Shown piece by piece: positions 9,474 through 19,513 of a stretch of DNA of 64,000 bases (positions are counted from its first letter, which is position 1; each line of letters starts with the position of its first letter). The notes below the pieces were generated by a model. That model was not told the DNA's origin, ran no database searches, and was given only the letters and a program-made list of their open reading frames with translations. Source of the stretch: Bacteroidota bacterium (GTDB taxonomy: Bacteria; Bacteroidota; Bacteroidia; B-17B0; Aurantibacillaceae). Where the stretch lies: positions 1 to 64,000 of the forward strand of contig JAFDXR010000028.1 in the NCBI GenBank assembly GCA_018267825.1, read 5' to 3'. A program made the translations under genes and the position numbers.

Positions 9474-10319
9474 TTATTGACTGAGTTCGTTTAGTTTTTC
9501 GGTAAAGAAAACCGCCATGCGGTTTGTGTAGAATTTGTTTTTGAATTGCCCCACCCATTGAATCCCGTTCACGGCATTGGTCAGGAACATTTCATCGCCA
9601 TTCATAATGGTGTTTACGGTAATGGGAGTTTCAAATACCAGTATTTTGTTCTGTGCGGCCAGTTGCAGAATCTGTTTGCGCATAATGCCATCCACGCAGC
9701 CTTCCGAAAGCGGGGATGTATACATGGATCCGTTTTTCACAATGAACAGGTTGGAACTGATGGCCTCACAGATATTGCCGGTTTCATTCACAAGCAGACA
9801 GTCGTCCAGTTTCATGGAAAGTTTGCTGAGCCCGGCCATCACGTAAAGCATCGCACTGCCTGTTTTAAGACCGGATAATTTATTCAGAGGTTTACGGATT
9901 TCGGCATAGAGATCAACCCAAAGTCCTTTCTGGTTCAGCGTATAGCCTTTTGTTTCGATGCGCTCCGTTTCGATCAGAAATGATATATCGTTTACTTCGG
10001 GTGTATAAAACCCTCCGTCGTTGCGAAACACAGTGAGACGAATACGCGCATCGCCCTGGATTTTATTCTGACTGGCAAGATGCTGGGCGAGGTGATGAAT
10101 ATTTTCTGCATTGAATTCGGCGGGTACGTTCATGCGCATCACAGTCATACCAAGCTTCAGACGCTTGATGTGATCGGCAATGAACATGATTTTGCCATTC
10201 GTAAAATGCATGGATTCAAATAAGGAATCGCCATACCTGAAAGCACGGTTTGAGAAACTGACTGATGGTTCGTAAATACTTACCAAATGCCCGTTATATA
10301 TACAAAATTCCTCCTGCAT
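9474..10319 (-). CDS. Aminotransferase class IV (aminodeoxychorismate lyase / branched-chain aminotransferase family)
   Basis: 281 aa. Fold-type IV PLP enzyme pattern (FRYGDSLFE, catalytic K in LSGLKTGS). Stop/start abuts the upstream YbjN-like gene. Confidence 0.7.
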   Translation of the reverse strand: MQEEFCIYNGHLVSIYEPSVSFSNRAFRYGDSLFESMHFTNGKIMFIADHIKRLKLGMTVMRMNVPAEFNAENIHHLAQHLASQNKIQGDARIRLTVFRNDGGFYTPEVNDISFLIETERIETKGYTLNQKGLWVDLYAEIRKPLNKLSGLKTGSAMLYVMAGLSKLSMKLDDCLLVNETGNICEAISSNLFIVKNGSMYTSPLSEGCVDGIMRKQILQLAAQNKILVFETPITVNTIMNGDEMFLTNAVNGIQWVGQFKNKFYTNRMAVFFTEKLNELSQ

Positions 10320-10423
10320 AAAGCCTGAACTAAAGTATAAAATGAATATTAATTACCCGGGTTCTGTTGAAAATTGTTGAAAAACAATATTTTTACGGAA
10401 TCGTATTGCTACACGAAAAATTC

Positions 10424-11308
10424 ATGAAAATTGCTTCCAATAAAGTCATTGATTTGATCCGTTTTTATAAGGAACAATTATCCGGTATGTATGAGCCGGG
10501 CGAGTTACAATCTATTATTGATCTGGCTTTTGAGCATTATCTGGGTTTTTCACGCAATGACCTTCAGTCCAGGCAGCAGGAACCAGTCAATCAGTCGGAC
10601 CTCATAAAAATATACGATGCCTGCAAAGCACTGGCTACAGGCCAACCCCTGCAATATGTGCTCGGTGAAGCCTGGTTTTATGAACTCAGGTTCAGGGTAA
10701 ATCCTTCAGTACTGATCCCAAGACCGGAAACAGAAGAGCTGGTAGACATCGTGCTGAAAGACCTGAAACCTGTGAGCGAAGCGTTGCGTGTCATCGACAT
10801 GGGTACAGGGAGCGGCTGTATTCCGGTAACGCTTAAAAAGCACAGACCACAGGATGATGTTTACGGACTCGACGTTTCACCGGCTGCACTCGAAACGGCT
10901 GCAGCGAATGCTGCCCTGAATCATGCAGACCTTACCTGGATAAACCAGGATCTGCTCAGACTTGGCGATACAACCCTGCTGAACGGGGCTCCGTACCACG
11001 TAATCATCAGTAATCCACCCTACATCAATGTATCGGAAGCTGCCGAAATGACCACACAGGTAAAAGATCATGAACCTCATCTGGCTTTGTTTGTGGAGGG
11101 TAGCGACGATACTGTTTTTTATAAACGTATTATAGATTTATGCAGGAAGAACCTGCTGAGCGGCGGAAAACTTTATTTTGAGTTGAACCCGTTAACAGCT
11201 TCTCTTGTTCTAGCGTATGCAGAAGCAAGCGGACTCTTTAAAACGGTTGAACTGATGAAAGATATGTCGGGCAAAATGCGCTTTCTCAAAGCGGTCCGGA
11301 ATACCTGA
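10424..11308 (+). CDS. prmC: Peptide chain release factor N5-glutamine methyltransferase (HemK/PrmC)
   Basis: NPPY motif in VIISNPPYINVSEA and the SAM-binding VIDMGTGSGCI. The ORF extends back to 10367, but the internal ATG at 10424 gives a more typical ~294-aa protein and leaves room for divergent promoters. Confidence 0.8.
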   Translation: MKIASNKVIDLIRFYKEQLSGMYEPGELQSIIDLAFEHYLGFSRNDLQSRQQEPVNQSDLIKIYDACKALATGQPLQYVLGEAWFYELRFRVNPSVLIPRPETEELVDIVLKDLKPVSEALRVIDMGTGSGCIPVTLKKHRPQDDVYGLDVSPAALETAAANAALNHADLTWINQDLLRLGDTTLLNGAPYHVIISNPPYINVSEAAEMTTQVKDHEPHLALFVEGSDDTVFYKRIIDLCRKNLLSGGKLYFELNPLTASLVLAYAEASGLFKTVELMKDMSGKMRFLKAVRNT

Positions 11309-11345
11309 ATCGCGCGTCGAGTTTATAAACATTAAAAATGGACAC

Positions 11346-12140
11346 ATGAAAAAACTACTGTTTACATTATGCATGTTGAGCATGATCTCTGTGTTTTCGC
11401 AGCAGGCATTGGATCCGGGACTCGATACTCCGCCGCAGAATGTAGGTGGTAAAACGGAATTTGAACACGTGTTTCACACACAGATGCAGTATCCCGACTC
11501 CCTGCTGAAAGCGAAGATCAGCGAAGAGGTAGCTGTTTACTTTTACGTAGCAGCCGATGGCAAGGTCAGCGAGATAAGTTGTAAAAATGTGAAGTACAAA
11601 GCCTTTGAAACAGAAGCGAAACGGATCATGCGCTTTTATAAATTTGAGCCCGGCCTGAAGGATGGCGTAAAAACAGCTTCGCATGCCGTAGTGGTATTTA
11701 AGTTTGAAGCAGATGCCTATAAAAAAATATGTAAGAACAGGGGCTTTGTCGTGCCTGCTTATAGCGGTGCACAGTCCGATACCTCATACACGGTTTATGA
11801 ACGTGCCGATTCTTCGCCGGAGTATTATAAGGGCGAAGAAGCCCTTGGTGAATTTGTACTGAAGGAACTGGAATACCCGCCACTGGCTGTAAGACAGAAT
11901 ATACAGGGTACAGTTGTGATGCGTTTTATTGTAGAGCCAAATGGCTGCGTTAGCAATATCGAAGTACTCAAAGGGGTGAATGCAGGATGCTCGGAAGAAG
12001 CCATCCGTGTAATGCGCCTCACCCACTGGAAACCCGCTACCAAAGACGGCAAACTGGTTCGTTACCATGTAACGTATCCGATTGTGTTTAACCTGAACAA
12101 TGTGAATAAGGATAATTCCATGAGCGGGCAGGGGCGATAA
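11346..12140 (+). CDS. TonB C-terminal domain-containing protein (two TonB_C-like halves) with a signal peptide
   Basis: 264 aa. Signal peptide MKKLLFTLCMLSMISVFSQQ. Two segments resemble the TonB C-terminal fold (GTVVMRFIVEPNGCVSNIEVLKGV...). Confidence 0.5.
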   Translation: MKKLLFTLCMLSMISVFSQQALDPGLDTPPQNVGGKTEFEHVFHTQMQYPDSLLKAKISEEVAVYFYVAADGKVSEISCKNVKYKAFETEAKRIMRFYKFEPGLKDGVKTASHAVVVFKFEADAYKKICKNRGFVVPAYSGAQSDTSYTVYERADSSPEYYKGEEALGEFVLKELEYPPLAVRQNIQGTVVMRFIVEPNGCVSNIEVLKGVNAGCSEEAIRVMRLTHWKPATKDGKLVRYHVTYPIVFNLNNVNKDNSMSGQGR

Positions 12141-12188
12141 AACTGCTGTAACAGTTCAATACGCTTTTGATTCCCGAATGCCCCGGTA

Positions 12189-12998
12189 TTATTTTCCCAT
12201 TTTCATGCCCAGTCGGATCTGGGTAATGACTTTCTTGGTGTATAATGGGAAATCGCCCTGCATCATCCAGTTGTAATACGAAGGCTCTTTTTCAAATACT
12301 TCTCTCACCGGCTTGTCCTTGTGTTTTCCGAAATTGAAGACTTCTTCGCCTTTATCATTCAGTACAATCCGTCCTGCCAGGTCGGCATTGCGCGTGCGGG
12401 CAGTGAGCTCGCTCAGGGCCTGCATATCGTTTTTTACAGGAACCGTTTTTTTGCCGGTAGCATCTTCTATTTCCGTATTCTGATAACGCTCAAGTTGGGC
12501 TTTAAAGATCTCGTATGTAGCGAGTGTGTCGGCTTCGGCACTGTGTGCATTATGCAGGGGTTTGTCGCAATAAAATTTATAGGCAGCACTCAGGTTGCGT
12601 GGTTCCATCAAATGGAAAATATTCTGCACGTCAATCAGGCGGCGGTTCTTCAGATCAAAGTCGACATCAGCTCTTAAAAACTCTTCGACCAGTACCGGTA
12701 CATCAAATTTATTGGAGTTAAAACCTGCCAGGTCTGCATTACCTATGAACTGCGCCAGTTGTGGAGCCAGCTCTTTAAAGGTCGGGCAATCGGCTATATC
12801 CTTATCGTAAATGCCATGTATTTTTGAGGAAAATTCAGGGATCGGAATAGTCGGATTGACACGCCGAGTCAGGATTTCTGTACTATTGTCGATCTGAACC
12901 TTTACAATCGATATTTCAATAATGCGATCACTGCCAACATTGATGCCGGTTGTTTCCAGGTCAAAAAAGGCAAGTGGTCTGGTTAGGTTAAGTTGCAT
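12189..12998 (-). CDS. DEDDh 3'-5' exonuclease (DNA polymerase III epsilon-like) with a C-terminal extension
   Basis: 269 aa. Exo I motif FFDLETTG, Exo II/III region (HNAHSAEADT). Its start overlaps the ispH stop by 11 nt. Confidence 0.8.
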   Translation of the reverse strand: MQLNLTRPLAFFDLETTGINVGSDRIIEISIVKVQIDNSTEILTRRVNPTIPIPEFSSKIHGIYDKDIADCPTFKELAPQLAQFIGNADLAGFNSNKFDVPVLVEEFLRADVDFDLKNRRLIDVQNIFHLMEPRNLSAAYKFYCDKPLHNAHSAEADTLATYEIFKAQLERYQNTEIEDATGKKTVPVKNDMQALSELTARTRNADLAGRIVLNDKGEEVFNFGKHKDKPVREVFEKEPSYYNWMMQGDFPLYTKKVITQIRLGMKMGK

Positions 12999-14220
12999 GG
13001 TAGTGGGTTAAGTGATGTGTGGCATCCTCAACAGAACGTGTATTCGCGAAGAAACTGTTGATACGGTGAATCACGCCTTCAATCACAGAATCGGGGCAGG
13101 ATGCACCACTGGTGAGAATGATCTTTATGGGTTCCTTTTCCGGAAGAAAGCCGGTACTTGTCAGGTGTTTTTTATGCGGATAATCGAAATGGTGAATGGT
13201 TTTTGAATCCACAATTTCAGTAGCCGATGAAATGAAATAGGTTTTGAATTTACGTTCGCAAAGCTCCACGAGGTGCGAAGTATTACTGCTGTTGTAACCT
13301 CCTACAACAATGGCCAGGTCGGCATCCGTTTCAAGCAGGCCGTAGGTAGCATCCTGGTTTTCGTTGGTGGCATAGCATAATGTGTCGCGGGTGTCGGCAA
13401 AGTGCTGTTTAATATCAGCTTCGCCATACAGTGCCAGCATTTCCTGTTTGAAAAAATCAGCAATCTCCTGGGTTTCGGTAGCCAGCATGGTTGTTTGATT
13501 GATCACCCCGATACGTGTCAGGTCTTTTATCTGAAAGCCTTCCGAAAATTTTCCGGCAAATTCTTTTTCAAATTCTTCCTGTGTTTTTTTACCCGACAGG
13601 TATGTGGCCAGTTTACGGGCTTCCTGAAGATCTCTTACAACCACGGCCCGGCTGTGTTTAGCGCTGCGCGAAAATGTAGAACGGGTTTCTTCGTGCGTGT
13701 TTTTACCGTGTATCACAATCGAATAATCATCTTTACCGATGCTCTCCGATTTTTTCCATACACGCTCTACAAAAGGGCAGGTTGTATTATAGGTTTCCGT
13801 ACGGATATTCTTTTTTTCGAGTGTTTCAATAATGTCAAGCGGTGCGCCGAAAGCCGGGATAATGACAACATCATCCGGTGTCAGCGTCTCGAATGCGATC
13901 AGTTGTTTGCCCTCGGTATCCTGTAAAAACTTCACACCACGTTCTTCCAGGTCGCGGTTTACATCCGGATTGTGGATCATCTGGCTGAGGAGGAAAACAC
14001 GTTTGCCCGGATTTTCTTCGAGGGCTCTGAACGAAATTTCAATGGCATTTTCAACACCGTAACAAAAACCAAAATGCCTGGCAATGTAATACTGCACCGG
14101 CCCAAAATCAAGAAGAGTAGGCGTATTATCTTTCTTTCTCGGATCCTGTACTTTGCGGTACTGTTTTATTTTGGATATGATCGGGCTCCTGTAAAATTCA
14201 GGAACATTAAAGGCTTTCAT
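12988..14220 (-). CDS. ispH: 4-hydroxy-3-methylbut-2-enyl diphosphate reductase (long Bacteroidota form)
   Basis: 410 aa. LytB/IspH pattern with conserved Cys-containing segments (FGFCYGVENAI, NTTCPFV, ASCPDS). Confidence 0.9.
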   Translation of the reverse strand: MKAFNVPEFYRSPIISKIKQYRKVQDPRKKDNTPTLLDFGPVQYYIARHFGFCYGVENAIEISFRALEENPGKRVFLLSQMIHNPDVNRDLEERGVKFLQDTEGKQLIAFETLTPDDVVIIPAFGAPLDIIETLEKKNIRTETYNTTCPFVERVWKKSESIGKDDYSIVIHGKNTHEETRSTFSRSAKHSRAVVVRDLQEARKLATYLSGKKTQEEFEKEFAGKFSEGFQIKDLTRIGVINQTTMLATETQEIADFFKQEMLALYGEADIKQHFADTRDTLCYATNENQDATYGLLETDADLAIVVGGYNSSNTSHLVELCERKFKTYFISSATEIVDSKTIHHFDYPHKKHLTSTGFLPEKEPIKIILTSGASCPDSVIEGVIHRINSFFANTRSVEDATHHLTHYHAT

Positions 14221-14344
14221 TCCTGCAAAGGTAATTAAATTATTGGAGCTCTGAGGCTGTTCATTTCCTGCCGTTTCAGTTAATAATTTGTTGTCAGGCG
14301 TGATTTAAAGCTTTATACATTTACTCTCTAAAATCTTAAAAACT

Positions 14345-16291
14345 ATGAACTACATTCTGAATTATTGGTGGGTATTAATACCTGTCGTGTTACTTATTTT
14401 CTACAAATTGATCTTTCGTTTGCTCGGGATCATTATTGTTCCTGAAGACAAAATCGGGCTTGTTACCAAGAAATTTGTTTTGATGGGGGCCAATAAGGAA
14501 CTCCCTCCGGGCCGCATCATTGCTGTTGATGGTGAGGCCGGTTTCCAGGCTCAACCTTTGGCACCGGGTATTTATTTCTGGAAATGGATCTGGCAATATG
14601 AAATCACCCTGCAATCGTTCACTGTTATTCCCGAAGGAAAAATCGGGCTTATTGTGGCTAAAGATGGTAAAGAACTGGAAACAGGTTTTATCCTGGCCCG
14701 TAAAGTGAATTGCGATTCCTTTCAGGATGCGGAGGCATTTATCCGTAACGGTGGTCGTAAAGGCCGCCAGTCGGCTATTATCACGGCGGGTACTTACCGT
14801 ATAAATACCTTTTTATTTGAGGTGATGACCTACGATATGACAACGGTGAGCGAAAATATGGTGGGTATTGTAACAACCATGGACGGTATGCCCATTGAAG
14901 AAGGTAACATTGCCGGTCGCCCTGTAAGCGGGCATAACAATTTTCAGGATTGCGATGCTTTCCTGGCAGCCGGTGGTAACAAGGGGTTGCAGCCTGAGGT
15001 GATTCTGGCGGGTTCTTATTACCTGAACCCATGGTTTATTCAGGTGGAACAGATTAAAATGACAGAGATCCCGATCGGTTATGTGGGTGTGGTGATTTCT
15101 TATGTGGGCCAGGAAGGCAAGGACCTCAGCGGTATTGAATTCAAGCATGGAAATATTGTAAGCAAAGGTGAAAAAGGTGTATGGGCAGAGCCTCTTGGTC
15201 CTGGAAAATACCCTATCAATACATTTATTATGCGTGTGGAACTGGTGCCTACAACCAACCTCGTACTCAATTGGGCCAATGCCCGCAGCGAATCGCATCA
15301 GCTCGATAAAAACCTCTCCACCATTACCGTGCGTTCCAAAGACGGTTTCCCTTTCAACCTCGATGTATCGCAGATCATCCATATTCCTACCACCGAAGCG
15401 CCGAAAGTGATTGCCCGTTTCGGAAGCATGATGAACCTCGTTGGGCAGGTATTGGAACCTACTATCGGTAACTATTTCCGTAACTCGGCACAAGACAGTG
15501 ATGTTATCGCGTTCCTGAGCTCCCGTAAAGAACGCCAGGATGCCGCCAAAGCCAGGATCAGTGCCGTGCTTGAACAATATAACGTAAACGGAGTTGATAC
15601 CCTTATTGGTGACATCGTACCTCCTGAGAGTTTAATGAAAACCCTGACCGATCGTAAGATTGCTGAAGAACAAAACATTACTTACGAAACCCAGAAAAAA
15701 GCAGAGGTAACCCGCCAGACTCTGGAGAAAGAAACAGCCGTAGCCGATATGCAGAAAGAGATTGTGAAAGCTGATCAGGGTGTATTGATCTCCGAGCGTA
15801 TTGCCGATGCGGCGGTTAAAAAAGCAACCGGTGAAGCGCAGGGCGTGAAAATTTCATCGAACGCCGAAGCCGATCGACTCAAAGTTATTGCTGCTGCAGA
15901 TGCCGAAAAAACAAAAGTACTGGCCAATGCCGAAGCCGAAAAAGTAAAAGCACTGGCCAATGCGGAGGCCGAGAAAATTCAGGTAACCGGTAATGCCGAA
16001 GCACAAAGTATCCTGGCTATCGGTAAATCCAATGCCGAAAGTTACCGACTGGCTGTAGAGGCTATGGGTGGCGACAACTTCAGCCGCTTAAAAGTAACTG
16101 AAGCCATCGGTAAAGATAAGATCAAGGTGATTCCGGATGTGCTTATTGCAGGCGGAGGCGGCGATGGTGCCAATGGGCCGATCAGCGGACTTCTCGGTTT
16201 GAAATTGCTGGAAGAAGTATCGAAGAACATTGGAAAAGATACTACGGAAACTACGCCGAAAAAAGAAGAAAAGAAAGACGATAAAAAGTAA
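14345..16291 (+). CDS. Flotillin-like SPFH/band-7 family membrane protein
   Basis: 648 aa. N-terminal TM helix, then an SPFH-like region. C-terminal Ala/Glu-rich heptad repeats (AEADRLKVIAAADAEKTKVLANAEAEKVKALANAEAEKIQV) are typical of flotillin coiled-coils. Confidence 0.7.
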   Translation: MNYILNYWWVLIPVVLLIFYKLIFRLLGIIIVPEDKIGLVTKKFVLMGANKELPPGRIIAVDGEAGFQAQPLAPGIYFWKWIWQYEITLQSFTVIPEGKIGLIVAKDGKELETGFILARKVNCDSFQDAEAFIRNGGRKGRQSAIITAGTYRINTFLFEVMTYDMTTVSENMVGIVTTMDGMPIEEGNIAGRPVSGHNNFQDCDAFLAAGGNKGLQPEVILAGSYYLNPWFIQVEQIKMTEIPIGYVGVVISYVGQEGKDLSGIEFKHGNIVSKGEKGVWAEPLGPGKYPINTFIMRVELVPTTNLVLNWANARSESHQLDKNLSTITVRSKDGFPFNLDVSQIIHIPTTEAPKVIARFGSMMNLVGQVLEPTIGNYFRNSAQDSDVIAFLSSRKERQDAAKARISAVLEQYNVNGVDTLIGDIVPPESLMKTLTDRKIAEEQNITYETQKKAEVTRQTLEKETAVADMQKEIVKADQGVLISERIADAAVKKATGEAQGVKISSNAEADRLKVIAAADAEKTKVLANAEAEKVKALANAEAEKIQVTGNAEAQSILAIGKSNAESYRLAVEAMGGDNFSRLKVTEAIGKDKIKVIPDVLIAGGGGDGANGPISGLLGLKLLEEVSKNIGKDTTETTPKKEEKKDDKK

Positions 16292-16310
16292 AATACATGT
16301 CCTTTCAGAA

Positions 16311-16341
16311 AAGCGGTGCAGGAATGCACCGCTTTTTTATT
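16311..16341 (+). terminator. Rho-independent terminator after the flotillin-like gene
   Basis: Perfect 10-bp stem AAGCGGTGCA/TGCACCGCTT with loop GGAA, followed by TTTTTTATT. Confidence 0.75.
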
Positions 16342-16518
16342 GGATACAACAAAGCCCTGAATCATAAAAATCTACGTGATCTGTGTTCGGAATAGATGAG
16401 ATTCCTTCATTACGTTCGGAATAACAATACGATTGGCTCTGATCTTTTTTCATAACCTTGTTCATAAGAATTAAAACTGAACTTTCAGGGAGTCGTATTT
16501 CACCATTAATTTTATCTC

Positions 16519-17169
16519 ATGGATCCCCGGTTACAGCAATTCCACCGCAATTCGGAAGTACTCAAAAAGTACATCCCCGAACCTGCTGTGCCTGTTGTAG
16601 CGCGCTGGGTAGTAGAACTTGATTTCAAATTGAAAATCACCAAAGAACGCCAGAGTAAGCTCGGCGATTACACCCCTCCACACCAGGGCCTCAACCATAC
16701 CATTACCATCAATCATAACCTGAACCAATATGCTTTTTTCATCACCCTGGTTCATGAAATAGCCCACCTTACCACTTACAATAAATACCGGAACTCGGTG
16801 GCGCCTCATGGTGAACAATGGAAGCAGGAATTCAAAACACTCATGCAGCCTTTTCTCGATACCGCAGTGTTTCCTGTGGATGTGCTGTATGCCCTTCGAA
16901 AGTATCTGCAAAATCCTGCTGCCGCCAGTTGCAGCGATGTAACACTACTACGTACACTTAAACTATACGATGATCCGGATGAGCATAATTCCCTGGTGCT
17001 TCTGGAGCATCTGCCTTATAAAACCCATTTTCTTTACAACGGCTCCAGAATTTTCGAAAAAGGAGAACGCCTCCGCAAACGCTTTCGTTGTAAGGAGTTG
17101 GCCAGTGGTGCTATCTATCTTTTCAGTCCTATGGCTGAAGTCGAATTGTTTGAAGGGAAGACTGCCTGA
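16519..17169 (+). CDS. SprT-like zinc metalloprotease-domain protein
   Basis: 216 aa. HExxH motif (LVHEIAHLTT) in a SprT-like context. Confidence 0.5.
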   Translation: MDPRLQQFHRNSEVLKKYIPEPAVPVVARWVVELDFKLKITKERQSKLGDYTPPHQGLNHTITINHNLNQYAFFITLVHEIAHLTTYNKYRNSVAPHGEQWKQEFKTLMQPFLDTAVFPVDVLYALRKYLQNPAAASCSDVTLLRTLKLYDDPDEHNSLVLLEHLPYKTHFLYNGSRIFEKGERLRKRFRCKELASGAIYLFSPMAEVELFEGKTA

Positions 17170-17173
17170 TTGT

Positions 17174-18133
17174 TTATTCGGCGTGGATCACAATCCCCGA
17201 TGCAGGATATAATTTTCTGGAATCAAATTGCTTTTTGCCTTTGGGCTCTTTATCCTGTACATACAGGTGAATATAATACAGGCCTTTTTTCTTGAACAGA
17301 AAAGGTATTTCATACGTATTTCCAGTACGTTGTGCTTTCAATTCCCAGGGCATTAATTCATTGGTACGTTTTTTTGAGAAATCGGGGTAGGAGGTAAGCC
17401 GTTCGATCTGTTTTGGTTTCATGGGCTTCAGTGCAGTTTCGTAATAAGCCACCGAGTATACAATGTAAAGATTGTCGGGTACTGTAGCACGTATCGTTAT
17501 TTTTGTATTGATGGGGGCTGTTTCCGGAACATCTTCAAACGTGAGGTAGCGATCTACAAACTCTTCATAATAGCTGAAGCGTGTCAATGCCATGCAATAG
17601 CCAATCCCAACATAGTTGTGCGATTTCTGAATACAGTTTTGCTTATGCCCGTCGTGCGGTGCTTTTTCAGCCATAAAAGCCAGGTGCAGTTCCTTCATGA
17701 ATTTCAGGATATTGTCTTCACCCGTATCGAAAGAAGAACCTTCAATCCATTTGGCTGAGGCGTTTTCGGCCACATGATCCATGCCACCGGCAAAGGCATA
17801 GCGGTGATAGGGTTTTTCGCCGGCCATGTTCCAATGTCCCAGGTAATTGTTATCTGTCGCTTCGCGGCACATTTTATTGGCCACGCGACTGGCCAGTATA
17901 TCAAGCTGTACAGCCTGGGCACGATGCTGCTTGCGGCTTTTGTTTATAACCTGCAGCTGAATCAGTTTCAGGCGCAGCGCATCATCATTGTCTTTATAGT
18001 CCTCAAGGCGGGTTTCTGCATCATTCAGTTTTTTATAACGGTCGAATGTAGTATCGGCAACCTGTGCATGCAGCCGGCATGTGAGGCAAAGCAATAGAAT
18101 GCCCAGTAATTTAGGAATATACGAGGAGGGCAT
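17174..18133 (-). CDS. Secreted CAP (SCP/PR-1-like) domain protein
   Basis: 319 aa. Signal peptide. GHKQNCIQKSHNYVGIGYC resembles the CAP signature GHYTQVVW..VGCA. Confidence 0.45.
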   Translation of the reverse strand: MPSSYIPKLLGILLLCLTCRLHAQVADTTFDRYKKLNDAETRLEDYKDNDDALRLKLIQLQVINKSRKQHRAQAVQLDILASRVANKMCREATDNNYLGHWNMAGEKPYHRYAFAGGMDHVAENASAKWIEGSSFDTGEDNILKFMKELHLAFMAEKAPHDGHKQNCIQKSHNYVGIGYCMALTRFSYYEEFVDRYLTFEDVPETAPINTKITIRATVPDNLYIVYSVAYYETALKPMKPKQIERLTSYPDFSKKRTNELMPWELKAQRTGNTYEIPFLFKKKGLYYIHLYVQDKEPKGKKQFDSRKLYPASGIVIHAE

Positions 18134-18143
18134 GGAGAAGAAA

Positions 18144-19163
18144 TTAGTTGCGGGAGATCACCGAGGTACGCAATACCATTTTTACCGGTTCAGCACCTTC
18201 TGATTTCGAATCGATCAGTTTCAGTACAAGGTTTGCAGATTCTGTCCCGATTTTTTCAAGCGGCTGGGCCACTGAAATAATACTCGGCTTCACAAAATTA
18301 AACAGGTCGATATCGTCAAACGAAGCAACATGAATTTTGTTTTTCAGTTTATCGATGCCAAACTCATTGAATACCTCCAGGCAGGCTGTAGCCAGGTGGT
18401 TGTTAAGGGTGTAGATGGCATCTATGTTTGTATTGGTATTAAGAACCTTCACCAGTTTTTCGCGTACTTCATTCTTGATGTTGTTGAATGAAATTTCGAT
18501 CAGGTTTTCCTGCTTGAAAGGAATGTTGTATTTCTTCAACGCATCTTTAAAGCCTTTCACGCGGTCTTTCAGTGAACTGATATATGCCGGAGAAACATTG
18601 AGTGCAAGAATATTTTTACATCCTTTATGAATCAGGAGGTCTGTAATTTCGAATGAGCCCTGGTAATTATCAGCCACGACATAATTGGCTGCAAAGTCGG
18701 GCAGGTAGCGGTCGATAAAAACAATCGGGAATTTTTTCAGACGATCTGTTTTATAAATAGAGCCGTCGTTACTTGTTGTTGCAATAATAAGTCCGTCAAC
18801 AATTTGTTGTTCTGCGAGGAGTTGTACCAGTTTTTTTTCACGTTCAATATCTTCTTCGGTGCTACATACCATCAGGTTGTAACCCTTTGCTGCCAGTGCT
18901 TTTTCGGCATACTTGGCAATCTGCGAATAAAACGGGTTTGAAATATCTGCCACCAGCAAACCTACAAGGTTACTTTTACCTGTACGCAATGCACGTGCAA
19001 ATACGTTTGGTGTATATTGAAGTTCGCTGGCTTTCTCAAGTACTTTTTGTTGGGTCTTTTTGCTGATGCCATACGAATCACCCTTGCCATTTATAACCAT
19101 TGATACCAATGTTTTGGATACATTAAGTTCTTTGGCAATGTCTTCTAGTAATGTTTTTTTCAT
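18144..19163 (-). CDS. LacI-family transcriptional regulator
   Basis: 339 aa. N-terminal HTH (LEDIAKELNVSKTLVSMVINGKG) and a periplasmic-binding-protein-like effector domain. Confidence 0.85.
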   Translation of the reverse strand: MKKTLLEDIAKELNVSKTLVSMVINGKGDSYGISKKTQQKVLEKASELQYTPNVFARALRTGKSNLVGLLVADISNPFYSQIAKYAEKALAAKGYNLMVCSTEEDIEREKKLVQLLAEQQIVDGLIIATTSNDGSIYKTDRLKKFPIVFIDRYLPDFAANYVVADNYQGSFEITDLLIHKGCKNILALNVSPAYISSLKDRVKGFKDALKKYNIPFKQENLIEISFNNIKNEVREKLVKVLNTNTNIDAIYTLNNHLATACLEVFNEFGIDKLKNKIHVASFDDIDLFNFVKPSIISVAQPLEKIGTESANLVLKLIDSKSEGAEPVKMVLRTSVISRN

Positions 19164-19249
19164 AAAACAGTTTAGTTTACGGGGGTTAGAAAATTATATT
19201 AGTAGATGATTTTTCGCAATTCATAGGCTAATATAACAAATATATAGTA

Positions 19250-19266
19250 TTCTAAACGATTTAGAA
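19250..19266. promoter_or_regulatory. Inverted repeat TTCTAAAcgaTTTAGAA in the LacI / aminotransferase divergent intergenic region. Candidate LacI-family operator
   Basis: 7-bp perfect arms with a CG-containing centre, 85 bp upstream of the LacI start codon. Confidence 0.3.
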
Positions 19267-19482
19267 ATTTTTTTTAATCAGTAGGCTTACCATTTTACGA
19301 AGTATTTATGGGGCCTCAATGATCCGAAAAATTTGTATTTTTGCCTAAAACGTTTTAAATTTTCATCATGGGAATCACCTGTCCGTAAGTCTTTTCGTTC
19401 TCTTCTTTTCCGGGGTTTTCAATCGAATGCCCATAGTTTTCAACGTCGTTAATATCTTTTATTCGGCGTTATCCACATAGTT

Positions 19483-19490
19483 ATATATTT
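19483..19490 (+). promoter_or_regulatory. Candidate Bacteroidota sigma-A -7 box (TAnnTTTG) upstream of the aminotransferase gene
   Basis: TATATTTG lies 24 bp upstream of ATG 19514. No clear -33 TTG at canonical spacing. Confidence 0.3.
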
Positions 19491-19513
19491 GCCCTGAAAA
19501 ATTCTGACCATTT

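Noticed and set aside
14813-15577. 254-aa minus-strand ORF inside the flotillin-like gene
   Set aside because: Antisense shadow ORF within a well-supported coding region.
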